From NCBI RefSeq assembly GCF_006345805.1, contig NC_043015.1:5022001-5086000 (forward strand): 64,000 nucleotides of DNA, given 5' to 3'. A program made the translations under genes and the position numbers. Under the pieces are notes generated by a model that searched no databases, was not told the origin of the DNA, and saw only the letters and a program-made list of their open reading frames with translations. Of the stretch, positions 40,866 to 52,035 are shown piece after piece; within the stretch, counting starts at the first letter, position 1, and every line of letters starts with the position of its first letter. This DNA comes from Octopus sinensis (taxonomy: Eukaryota).

Positions 40866-42123
40866 TAGGGCTGGAAAAAATAATGCAAACACCTTAAAAT
40901 TTATTTTAATATGGCTTAGGACTGCATTAGGCAGTAATTACAGTTATTACGAGGTATAGACTTGGGCAAAGTTTTAATTGTTTCCAAAGGAACATTGTTC
41001 ATTCTTCAGCTAAAACAGTTTCCATTTCTTGCAGTGATGATGGTGGGAGATAGAGACTCCTCACTTGTTTTCTAAAATGCACCAGAAATGTTCAATAATA
41101 TTAAGATCTGGGTAATGTGGTGGCCTGATATGATCTTCACTAGAATGTTCTTCGTTCAATTCAGTAGCAACTTTAAGCATGTGAATTGGTGCATTATCAT
41201 CTTGAAAACTTGCGTTTCCCTCCGGAAACAGTTCCTCAACGACCGGAAAAATTTGATCAAATAAAGTGCTTAAATCGTCTTGACTATTAATTCTGCCATC
41301 AAAAGAAACCATTGGGCCGGCGGATTTCCAAGATATAGTCCCCCCACCCACTTCCAGATCATCACTGATCCTCCTCCTTGTTTATCTGTTGGAAGAAGGC
41401 AGTCTGAGTCATGTGCTTCTTGTGGCTGTCTCCACACGCATACTCGGCCGGTGGTCGGAAATAAGAGAAAGGATGACTCGTTCGAGAAAATGACGTTATT
41501 CCACTGCTCTAGGAGCCAACCAATTACTGTAGGCATTTTTACTCCATTCTAAACGCTTTTCAACGTTTGTTTTTAAAGTTGTAGTTTTCTGATGTGTAGC
41601 CCTCCTGTGAAATCCAGGTTTGTACAGCTCTGGCGAGCAGTTTTTGTGGAAACTGGGTTCTCGAGGCCGTCGTTAAGCTCTGCAGTAATTTTGAGTAGTT
41701 TATAGATTCTTTCTAACAATTCGCGTAAACGTACGACAGTCCCTATCTGAACGTTTTTGTTTTCTCACGGAGTTTTGTTTCAATGACGAGGGTTTGTTTC
41801 TTACTCAAAGGATGTATTTACTTTCGAGACAGTAGTTCTTGATACAACAAACATTTCGGTTATTTTCGTTACTCTAGCGCCTGCCACACGAGCACCAGCA
41901 ATTTGACACCTTTGAAAATCCAATAAATCTTTCATTTTAATGAATTTTAATTACCTTTTTCTGATGATATCCGAAAAGAAGCAGCAATTTTAGCGAAACA
42001 TATTAAGCAACACTAATAATAAATCAAAAATCATAAAAATAAACAAACGGTTAACAGTTTTATAGATATATCGACATTATGATGCTCTGATGCCAATGTT
42101 TCCATTATTTTGTCCAACCCCTG
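40866..42123 (-). mobile_element. Tc1-like element with TIRs, frameshifted DDE transposase
   Basis: TIRs tagggctggaaaaaataatgcaaaca and tgtttccattattttgtccaacccctg; ORF pieces WNNVIFSNESSF, GGGSVMIW and FQDDNAPIH...PDLNIIEHFW (34-residue D-E spacing in this copy; first D reads N). Confidence 0.9.
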
Positions 42124-42714
42124 AATATATAAAGAACGGATTCACATATATACATATATTTATCTATATTTCAATTTACATGTATAATTTTATACATATA
42201 GATAAATGTATATACGTAGACATGTAAATGTGTATGCAAGAACATTTCTGAATTTATCTGTGTTTCTCATCAAGTCTCTATTAATCCCCTTTCGTCTTCT
42301 GCCAGTGCTAAGGGCATAAATATGATGGCTGAAGACGAACATCGATATTTAATCCCATACCGCATCAAAAAATTACTATTTGTGTTATCTATATTAGGAA
42401 GTTATTTTATAAAATTTCTGTTGCACAGAACTAAAATAATACAAATAAACACAATATTTATATTAAAAAAAACTATTAAATTTAAAATCTTTTATAATAT
42501 ACACTACAAGCTATTTTCCCCGTTTATTGGAAATTATTTCAGCGTTCATTATATCTGTCTTTGATTTGTCTCCTGTTTGGTTAGTAGAAGTCTTTATGTA
42601 TACAAACACACACATGTAAGAATATATATTTGTTGGATGGATGGATATATATAAATATATATACATACATATCTCTCTCTATATATATATATATATGCGT
42701 ATATATATATATAT

Positions 42715-43030
42715 GATGCTTCGTTTCCAACCACATCGTTTCGGGTTCAGTCCAACTGCGTAGAAACTTGGGCAAGTGTCTCCTAAGATAGCCTCAGGAC
42801 GACCAAAGACTTGTGAGTTGATTTGGCAGAAGGAAACTGAAACAAGCCCACCGTATATGTGTATGTGCGTATTTATTTGTGTGTGTGTGTGTGCATTTGT
42901 AACTCCGACATCGCTTGACAAGCGATGCTTGTGTGTTTATGTCTGCGTGACTAGCAGTTTGGGAAAGAAGGACTTATAGAATAAATACTACACTTAGAAA
43001 GAAAATTCTCTGAGGTCGATATCTTCCACT
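42715..43030 (+). mobile_element. SINE (Octopus-type), diverged
   Basis: ccaaccacatcgtttcgggttcagtcc...ttgggcaagtgtc head and 3' body. Confidence 0.75.
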
Positions 43031-43431
43031 AATACACATCAAATCAGTACTTATGAAAAAATAGAATAAAAGAATATATCTGCGCCATCCTGTTTTAACT
43101 TCTTTATGCCATGTGAGCAGAGCCCGAAGTTAACATGAAGTTAACAGGTACCTTATTATATATATATATACGTTTAACAATTAAGGATAATCTCTTAATA
43201 AGGGATCTTAACAAGAAATTATCGGGTAGCTAGCGTGAAAACCTCATAAAAGAAAAGAATTCGAAAATAATTTTTTTCTTTTGAACAAATTAATTATATC
43301 TATATTGTATAGAGGGCATTATTACACATAAATGCCTCACACTAGGAGGGACAAAGTCATTACTACCAAAATTATACTAATCATACCCAAATGCAGTTTT
43401 TCAAAGCAAGACATTTAAAAAAATGAATTTA

Positions 43432-43487
43432 GTTCTGTATCACCGTGATTTCACATTCAACTTACGTCTAATGATCATCAGCAGAAC
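43432..43487 (-). ncRNA. Type I hammerhead ribozyme (array unit 1)
   Basis: gttctg CTGATGA t cattagac gtaa gttgaatg t GAAA tcacggtga TA cagaac. Confidence 0.8.
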
Positions 43488-43912
43488 TGATTCTGAACAC
43501 ATCATAAATAAACTACCAACCTTACGTAGCGAAGACGAACAGACAACTGCTCACTCCGGCCAAGCACATGGAATGTTTATAAATCATATATCCGGTAAAT
43601 GGCGGGCTTTTTACGAACTGCATGTCGGGTAATGAAAAGTATTTCGGAATAAGTTTAACAATTAAGGATAATCTCTTAATAAGGGATCTTAACAAGAAAT
43701 TATCGGGTAGCTAGCGTGAAAACCTCATACAAGAAAAGAATTCGAAAATATTTTTTTTCTTTTGAACAAATTAATTATATCTACATTGTATAGAGGGCAT
43801 TATTACACATAAATGCCTCACACTAGGAGGGACAAAGTCATTACTACCAAAATTATACTAATCATACCCAAATGCAGTTTTTCAAAGCAAGACATCTAAA
43901 AAAATGAATTTA

Positions 43913-43968
43913 GTTCTGTATCACCGTGATTTCACATTCAACTTACGTCTAATGATCATCAGCAGAAC
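43913..43968 (-). ncRNA. Type I hammerhead ribozyme (array unit 2)
   Basis: Identical to unit 1. Confidence 0.8.
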
Positions 43969-44393
43969 TGATTCTGAACACATCATAAATAAACTACCAA
44001 CCTTACGTAGCGAAGACGAACAGACAACTGCTCACTCCGGCCAAGCACATGGAATGTTTATAAATCATATATCCGGTAAATGGCGGGCTTTTTACGAACT
44101 GCATGTCGGGTAATGTAAAGTATTTCGGAATAAGTTTAACAATTAAGGATAATCTCTTAATAAGGGATCTTAACAAGAAATTATCGGGTAGCTAGCGTGA
44201 AAACCTCATAAAAGAAAAGAATTCGAAAATAATTTTTTTCTTTTGAACAAATTAATTATATCTATATTGTATAGAGGGCATTATTACACATAAATGCCTC
44301 ACACTAGGAGGGACAAAGTCATTACTACCAAAATTATACTAATCATACCCAAATGCAGTTTTTCAAAGCAAGACATTTAAAAAAATGAATTTA

Positions 44394-44449
44394 GTTCTGT
44401 ATCACCGTGATTTCACATTCAACTTACGTCTAATGATCATCAGCAGAAC
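44394..44449 (-). ncRNA. Type I hammerhead ribozyme (array unit 3)
   Basis: Identical to unit 1. Confidence 0.8.
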
Positions 44450-45195
44450 TGATTCTGAACACATCATAAATAAACTACCAACCTTACGTAGCGAAGACGA
44501 ACAGACAACTGCTCACTCCGCCAAGCACATGGAATGTTTATAAATCATATATCCGGTAAATGGCGGGCTTTTTACGAACTGCATGTCGGGTAATGAAAAG
44601 TATTTCGGAATAAGTTTAACAATTAGGATAATCTCTTAATAAGGGATCTTAACAAGAAATTATCGGGTAGCTAGCGTGAAAACCTCATAAAAGAAAAGAA
44701 TTCGAAAATAATTTTTTTCTTTTGAACAAATTAATTATATCTATATTGTATAGAGGGCATTATTACACATAAATGCCTCACACTAGGAGGGACAAAGTCA
44801 TTACTACCAAAATTATACTAATCATACCCAAATGCAGTTTTTCAAAGCAAGACATTTAAAAAAGAGGCATTTATGTGTAATAATGCCCTCTATACAATAT
44901 AGATATAATTAATTTGTTCAAAAGAAAAAAATTATTTTCGAATTCTTTTCTTTTATGAGGTTTTCACGCTAGCTACCCGATAATTTCTTGTTAAGATCCC
45001 TTATTAAGAGATTATCCTTAATTGTTAAACTTATTCCGAAATACTTTTCATTACCCGACATGCAGTTCGTAAAAAGCCCGCCATTTACCGGATATATGAT
45101 TTAATAAACATTCCATGTGCTTGGCAGTGAGTGTAGCAGTTGTCTGTTCGTCTTCGTACGTAAGGTTGGTATTATTTATGATGTGTTCAGAATCA

Positions 45196-45256
45196 GTTCT
45201 GCTGATGATCATTAGACGTTAGTTGAATGTGATGTGAAATCACGGTGATACAGAAC
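45196..45256 (+). ncRNA. Hammerhead variant (inverted block; 5-nt insertion before GAAA)
   Basis: gttctg CTGATGA tcattagacgttagttgaatgtgatgt GAAA tcacggtga TA cagaac; lies in an indel-rich unit. Confidence 0.6.
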
Positions 45257-45676
45257 TAAATTCATTTTTTAAATGTCTGCTTTGAAAAACTGCATTTGGT
45301 AAGATTAGTATAATTTGTGTAGTAATGACTTTGTCCCTCCTAGTGTGAGGCATTTATGTGTATAATGCCCTCTATACAATATAGATATAATTAATTTGTT
45401 CAAAAGAAAAAAATTATTTTCGAATTCTTTTCTTTTATGAGGTTTTCACGCTAGCTACCCGATAATTTCTTGTTAAGATCCCTTATTAAGAGATTATCCT
45501 TAATTGTTAAACTTATTCCGAAATACTTTTCATTACCCGACATGCAGTTCGTAAAAAGCCCGCCATTTACGGATATATGATTTATAAACATTCCATGTGC
45601 TTGGCCGGAGTGAGTAGTTGTCTGTTCGTCTTCGCTACGTAAGGTTGGTAGTTTATTTATGATGTGTTCAGAATCA

Positions 45677-45732
45677 GTTCTGCTGATGATCATTAGACGT
45701 AAGTTGAATGTGAAATCACGGTGATACAGAAC
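45677..45732 (+). ncRNA. Type I hammerhead ribozyme (inverted block)
   Basis: Exact reverse complement of the unit 1 HHR. Confidence 0.8.
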
Positions 45733-45892
45733 TAAATTCATTTTTTTAATGTCTTGCTTTGAAAAACTGCATTTGGGTATGATTAGTATAATTTTGGTAG
45801 TAATGACTTTGTCCCTCCTAGTGTGAGGCATTTATGTGTAATAATGCCCTCTATACAATATAGATATAAGATATATATATAATATTATATTG

Positions 45893-45924
<32 letters not shown>

Positions 45925-45926
<2 letters not shown>

Positions 45927-46280
45927 ATATAAATATATGAAAGAATGGAGTTGTACGACGAATTAACAAAGGCTGTATATTCCTAATTGCGAAGGAATTT
46001 ATCGCTGGTGCATTTATCGCTATTGGCTCCGTGTGAGCAATCATCTAAAAGTTTTTTTATGCATATTGATGTTGACATAAGTTCCTTGCTTTTCCTGATG
46101 AGAAAGCGGCATAATATACTTCAACTCCATTCTTTCATATATTTATATTTATAAAAAACATACAAATTTCCACACGAAAGCACGTAACTTCAAACGTGTC
46201 TTCTCTGATGTGAATTCGCTACCCAGGTATCGGTTAACCGAATTATCCATAACAAGATAATTCATCTACTACTCAAATAT
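45925..46280. repeat. Small element with ~27-bp inverted repeats plus a dispersed tail
   Basis: atataaatatatgaaagaatggagttg / caactccattctttcatatatttatat; the tail (aaatttccacacgaaagcacg...ggtatcggttaaccgaattatcc) recurs at 49296-49440. Confidence 0.7.
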
Positions 46281-46749
46281 ATATATATATATATATATAA
46301 ATATATATAATTTATATTATTATTTGAGATTATTTGAGCGAGCGCCATGCATCCATATCCAAATAAGTTTATCCTAATATTTGTCATGCGACTCTACACT
46401 GTTCTCTTCCCTATCGTTTTTCTCTCATCCTTTCTCTAATTCCATTTTCTCCCCTTCACCGTTTTCTATCTGTGCCTCCGTCTCTCCCCTTTTCTTTATT
46501 CCTCTCTCAATCTCCCTTTCTCTTGTTGTTCACACGTCATCTTTATTTTTTCTACGTGATCATATTTCTTTTCCCTTAGGGTAGTCTTAAAGACTGCACT
46601 TCCTCTTATTCTCTCTCTTTCTCTCCCTTTTTTTATCTCTTCTCTCCACAAAGGGAATATTTCTCCAGCGTTCGCTATTTTACCTGCGTCTGTTTCAACG
46701 ACACACCATGTTTGCTTACGTTCGGTTTCCTTGTATGTCTCCACTCCTC

Positions 46750-46967
46750 CCTTTTATTCTCTTTTATTCTCTTTTACTTGTTTCAGTCATTTGACTGCGG
46801 CCATGCTGGAGCACCGCCTTTAGTCGATCAAATCGACCCCAGGACTTATTCTTTGTAAGCCCAGTACTTATTCTATCGGTCTCTTTTGCCGAACCGCTAA
46901 GTGACGGGGACGTAAACACACCAGCATCGGTTGTCAAGCAATGCTAGGGGGACAAACACAGACACAG

Positions 46968-46998
<31 letters not shown>

Positions 46999-47158
46999 CA
47001 TATATACGACGGGCTTCTTTCAGTTTCCGTCTACCAAATCCATTGGTCGGTCCGGGGCTATAGCAGAAGACACATGCCCAAGATGCCACGCAGTGGGACT
47101 GAACCCGGAACCGTGTGGTTTGTTAGCAAGCTACTTACTACACAGCCACTCCTGCGCC
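46750..47158 (-). mobile_element. Full-length SINE (Octopus-type)
   Basis: Minus strand ggcgcaggagtggctgtgtagtaagtagcttg...ccgggttcagtccc head through ...gaaacaagtaaaagagaataaaag tail. Confidence 0.9.
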
Positions 47159-47406
47159 TGTTTATGTTACCGACATTAACCATCCATGGATCCCAAATTT
47201 TATTTTGCTTTCGTGGAACCAACTGTCTTCGGAGACTCATATTGTCGTCCAATGCTCGAAACGAGAAGTAGATAACTAGCCGTAACTTGATGAAGAGCCG
47301 TTCCTTATGTGATTGTCTTCTCTTGCCGTTTGCGTATTCAACTGATATGTTTTCGTATTTCATGTTGTCTACGACTTGTGACGTCTTGTACACATGTATG
47401 CATATA

Positions 47407-47461
<55 letters not shown>

Positions 47462-48189
47462 GTGTGTGTGTGAGTCTGTAATTTTGATTATTGAAAATAA
47501 TATGTTCTACTTTTAACAATTAAGAAGTCTTAATAAAAGTGATATATTTTCTTTTTATAGTTTAAGTGGTATTTTCACCAAAAATTTTACTTCTTTTTTT
47601 AATTCATCGTGTATTTGAATAATAACTTCGTTTTTTAGTTCCCATGGGGATATATTTTCTCTGTTATTATTCTTTAATATAATGTTATGTTTCTACTTTC
47701 GTATTTCGATACACAAAGGACGCCAGCCAGTGTAACAGCTGGATATAGTGTTTTTAGACAATGCCTATATTTAGGTGTCTCAGATGTTAAGATAGATAAA
47801 CATGTCATTTTTTTCAAGTGTTCTAATTACAAAAAAACCTATAATATATGTAACATAAATTTAAGAACTATTTTTCTTTTTTTCTTCCGTTTTTCCTAAA
47901 ATCGTTTCTGCTATGTGCTTGCAGTCAAGTTAGTGCACCACATCCAATTGTTTAGTCAAACAGGTTTACGTCAGTACACGTCACTTCTGTATTACGTAGT
48001 GATTACTATATTGGCGAAGGACAAATTTCTGCGGAAATAGAACAACCGTACTGTAAGAACAATAGAACGGAGAAGATATACATAAGCACTCTTAATATTT
48101 TTTTTTTAATTTAAAAAAAAAAATTAATTATTTATCTTCTATTTGATGTTTTTTCAAATGTTTCTTCATGTTTTTTTTTATTTTTAAAT

Positions 48190-49240
48190 CATGTACCCTT
48201 CCCCTCTTCCCTTCTGCTATCGATCTTATTTTCTTATATTTTATTTTAATTCTGTATACACGCACACATACATACACACCCGTACATATACACTAATGCG
48301 CACAAATACACGCACGCGCACACACATGAACGCATATACACCTCCCACACATTCTACAGACGTACATACAGCACGCATACACACATACATGCACGCACAC
48401 ACACATAAACGCACACATACCTCCCATTCACACAACACACACTCATACATACACGCACACAATTACACATACGTGGGCTTTCACATACACACACGCACAT
48501 ACGGGCGCACACACACGCACGCCCACGGACGCACACAGACACAGGAACGCACATATAACTCCAACCACAAAACCCCAAACACAGCTCCACGCGGACACTC
48601 ATGTTACACGCACATACACACACGCGCACTCACACAAGTACACACGCACGCGTACACTCACTCATACACACAGAAGCATGCACATACTACAGGCAAAACA
48701 TATACACACAGCATTTACATACACGCAAACAAGTACATACACACGCACACGCATACTTCAAACTGCCAATCAAACGCCTTTCTACTGACGCACATGTGAA
48801 AAGACACAACTACACGAAGGACCACCACTCCTGTTACCCACTGCTGAATTATTCCTACAACATTCAGAGACACACAGTTCATTCACACATACACCCAGCC
48901 AAAACCACACTAACACCAAACACACAACACATACACACACACGCCATTACACATATTCACAGACTAGCACGCACGCACATACTCACACATAGATCCTTCC
49001 CTACATTGTCCTGCCTTAGATTATTTTTCTTCACCTATTCCCTTCCAGACATTTCGAAACATAACCTCAAGTGAATTGTTGGCGATCCCCCCCCCCTGTC
49101 TTCCTCTCCTATTGTACACTCCTGTTTCTGAAGAAGAGCTTTGCTTGAAACGTAAAACCACCTTTTTTCCCTCCCTTAGCGTCTGCTAATACTTTATATA
49201 TACCACATCCCCGCTTTTTTTTTTAATGTCTTCTTTTTTT
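48190..49240 (+). mobile_element. CA-rich degenerate element, probably PLE-derived
   Basis: Degenerate (CA) tracts; KRLSTDAHVKRHNYTKDHHSCYP weakly resembles the PLE RT thumb (T..Y.KPT...YLH..S.HP); minimal HHR near the 3' end. Confidence 0.45.
49124..49158 (+). ncRNA. Minimal (dimer-type) hammerhead ribozyme
   Basis: gttt CTGAAGA a gagc ttt gctt GAA ACGT A aaac; palindromic loopless stem III (ACGT), stem I gttt/aaac. Confidence 0.65.
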
Positions 49241-49245
49241 CTTTA

Positions 49246-49283
<38 letters not shown>

Positions 49284-50979
49284 TTATTTGTATTTAAAAA
49301 AACACACAAATTTCCACACGAAAGCACGTGATCTCTGCCCTAGGCATGTACCTTCAGCCGTGTTTTTCTGATGTGAATTTGCTACCCAGGTATCGGTTAA
49401 CCGAATTATCCATCATAAGATAATTCATTCAACTACTAAAATATACATACATACATACATACATACACACATACATACATACATACATACATACATGTAG
49501 CGGGCTCAATGTGAGATGCAATATTACCTCGATACTAACGAATGTAGTATGTAGCTCCAATGCTTAAAAGTTCTCTTGTCGGAGGAACCAGTGAACATCG
49601 AAGTCTCAACACCAAGAAGGAAGAAATAATATTTACATATATTTATTCGTTTGCCCGAAAGGTAGTTAAAGAGACAGTAGCAATACCAGTGATAGTGACA
49701 ACAAGGATGGCTCGCTGGTTATTAAATGACAGTATTGAAGTTGCTGTCAGCAGAGAGAAAAGGAGGAAATAATTCACGGTGCTGACCAGAAAGGAAGGAA
49801 GGTTAAAAGTGGCATCGTCTTTTTTGCGGCCGAGAGCTTCTCTTCGTACGTCGAGCTAAGGGCGAAAGGAAGTGTTGCTGTTCGTCATGGCTTAAACAGA
49901 ACAGCGTGTTGTTCCTTGTTATGCTGACATAGAAAACAGTGTTGCTGATTGGTTGTAGCTGACACAAACGAGAGAAAGAGATAGAAGATTGTTTCTGATA
50001 TATTGAATGGTCAGTAATGCAGGTCAAGCCTTAAACAAAGGACTGACATTTCCTTGACCAGCACAGGTCCAAGGGCGTCGAGTGTTTCCTCATGAATTAT
50101 CTAGCGGGGAGAGGAAATTCCCGCTCATTTTAACAAGCAACAAGTGGGTGGATTTGCTTTCAAATCTCAAGCAGAGCGAAGCATGATCACTACACACACA
50201 CACACACACACATATACAATCGTATATTGTTCATTTGTAGAGAAAACTGAAGTCAATAAGAGAACAACAATCATACATATTAGTTCTTAATTTGACATAC
50301 ATAACCCATGGCATTCCGTTCGTCCCGAGCGTCAGCTTAGGAAGAATAGATACGTCTTTGACGTTTCAAGCCTCCAGTCTTCGACGGACAGGGATGACAG
50401 GGAAAACATCAATGAAGCAGGCAGTTTAAACAAACACATAAATACACACACACACACACACATATATATATGTATATATATATATATAATTATATATATA
50501 TATATACATATACATATATGCATATATATATATATATATAATTATATATATATATATATACATATATATATGTGCATATATATATGCATATATATATATA
50601 TATATATGTATGTATATATATATATGTATATATGTATATATACATATATACATGTATATATGTATACTTTGATACTTTGATACTTTGATAGGTTTCGGCC
50701 ATTATTGGCCCAGGCCATGTCCAACTTAATAGCACCACCTGTATATATGTATATATATATATATACATATATATATATGTATATATGTATATATATATAT
50801 ACATATATAAATGTATATATGTATATATGTATATATATATATATACATACAAATATATGTATATGTATATATACATATATATATATATGTGTGTGTGTGT
50901 ATGTGTGTACATATATATATGTGTGTGTGTGTATGTGTGTACATATATATATATATGTGTGTGTGTATATGTGTGTATA

Positions 50980-51026
<47 letters not shown>

Positions 51027-51147
51027 TGATCAAAATAAAAACATGATGCGAAGGACTAGATGAGGGGGGTTCTGTTGGTCGCTATGGTTTGCTCTTGATC
51101 TAGCTGTTCTAATATTAATATAGTTATGTTTAGCTATGAGGCAGCTC

Positions 51148-51855
51148 CTACTCTACCCTGCCCAACATGAGCTGCCTCATAGCTAAACATAACTATATTA
51201 ATATTAGAACAGCTAGATCAAGAGCAAACCATAGCGACCAACAGAACCCCCCTCATCTAGACAGTAGACAATATAACCAGACTGGCAGCCATACTACCCA
51301 AACAGTTAGTAATAACACCCGCCAACACAACAGAGGAAATACTACACCCATCAACAACCAGGAGGATATCAACGCCCCCGCTCGTATTGCAACACCTCCG
51401 CCTGGGATTAGCAGCACACGACCGAATAATGCAATGCAATGCAACTGCAGATGTGCATCGGAGTGCCCGCTGCAGGGCGCATGTAGGGCGAAAAACGTAA
51501 TATATTCATGTGAGGTGAGTACTCAGTTTAACACACTCACCTATATTGGTTGCTCAACCTCCTGGAAATCCAGATACTACAACCACCGGTCCTCGCTGAG
51601 ACACAGACATAAGGCTCACAGCACCTCCCTTTCTAAAAGAATTTGGGAATTAAAAGACAAATGTATAGGCTTCAAACTCAGATGGTCCATCATCGGATCA
51701 GCTGCACCTTATTTAAATAATAGAGCGGGATGCCAACTATGTTGTGTAGAACTCCTGAACATCTTGAATTCAAAGACAAACACAATCTTATTAACAAAAG
51801 GTCAGAGTTCAAACCATCCTGTATACACAAACTTATTAATACTTTCAAATACTAA
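51148..51855 (+). pseudogene. PLE ORF remnant: RT C-terminal end, low-complexity linker, Cys-rich GIY-YIG endonuclease
   Basis: YSTLPNMS...CNCRCASECPLQGAC...NVIY...TYIGC...RYYNHRSSL...LSKRIWELK...GCQLC..E. A 1-nt deletion near 51793 hides the likely true end LNKRSEFKPSCIHKLINTFKY* (stop 51853-51855). Confidence 0.85.
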
Positions 51856-52004
51856 CAAGCTTAGGTTTTATACCAACTCCCCCATGCAATTTCCTCCCAC
51901 CCGGTGCAACCTGTCGGCTCCAGTACATCCCGCTTTCCTATATGTGCGTGTATATGCGTATGTGTGTGTGTATGTATATGTATGTGCACATATGTGTACG
52001 TATA

Positions 52005-52035
<31 letters not shown>

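Larger units (their letters stand above)
43172..45869. repeat. ~481-bp hammerhead-containing tandem array with internal inversion (retrozyme-like or PLE pLTR multimer)
   Basis: Unit starts (gtttaacaatta) at 43172, 43653, 44134, 44614; orientation flips at 44863/44864; inverted unit starts (gaggcattt) at 44864, 45347, 45825. The first three units differ by only a few substitutions. Confidence 0.95.

Noticed and set aside
41960-41985. CTGATGA tatcc GAAA
   Set aside because: No stem II or stem I; chance motif inside the Tc1 element.
43423-43632. Repeated 69-aa ORF MNLVLYHRDF... in array units
   Set aside because: Antisense to the HHR strand, no recognisable domain; it recurs only because the unit is repeated.
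43172-45869. CRISPR interpretation of the array
   Set aside because: Whole 481-bp units repeat with no unique spacers; eukaryotic context, no cas genes.
50354-50389. HHR-like string on minus (gtcgaaga ctggaggctt gaaacgtc aaagac)
   Set aside because: Core CUGA is broken and stem II is unpaired; at best a dead remnant.
50670-50725. ggccaataatggccGAAAC hairpin on minus
   Set aside because: No CUGANGA upstream and no valid cleavage triplet pairing.
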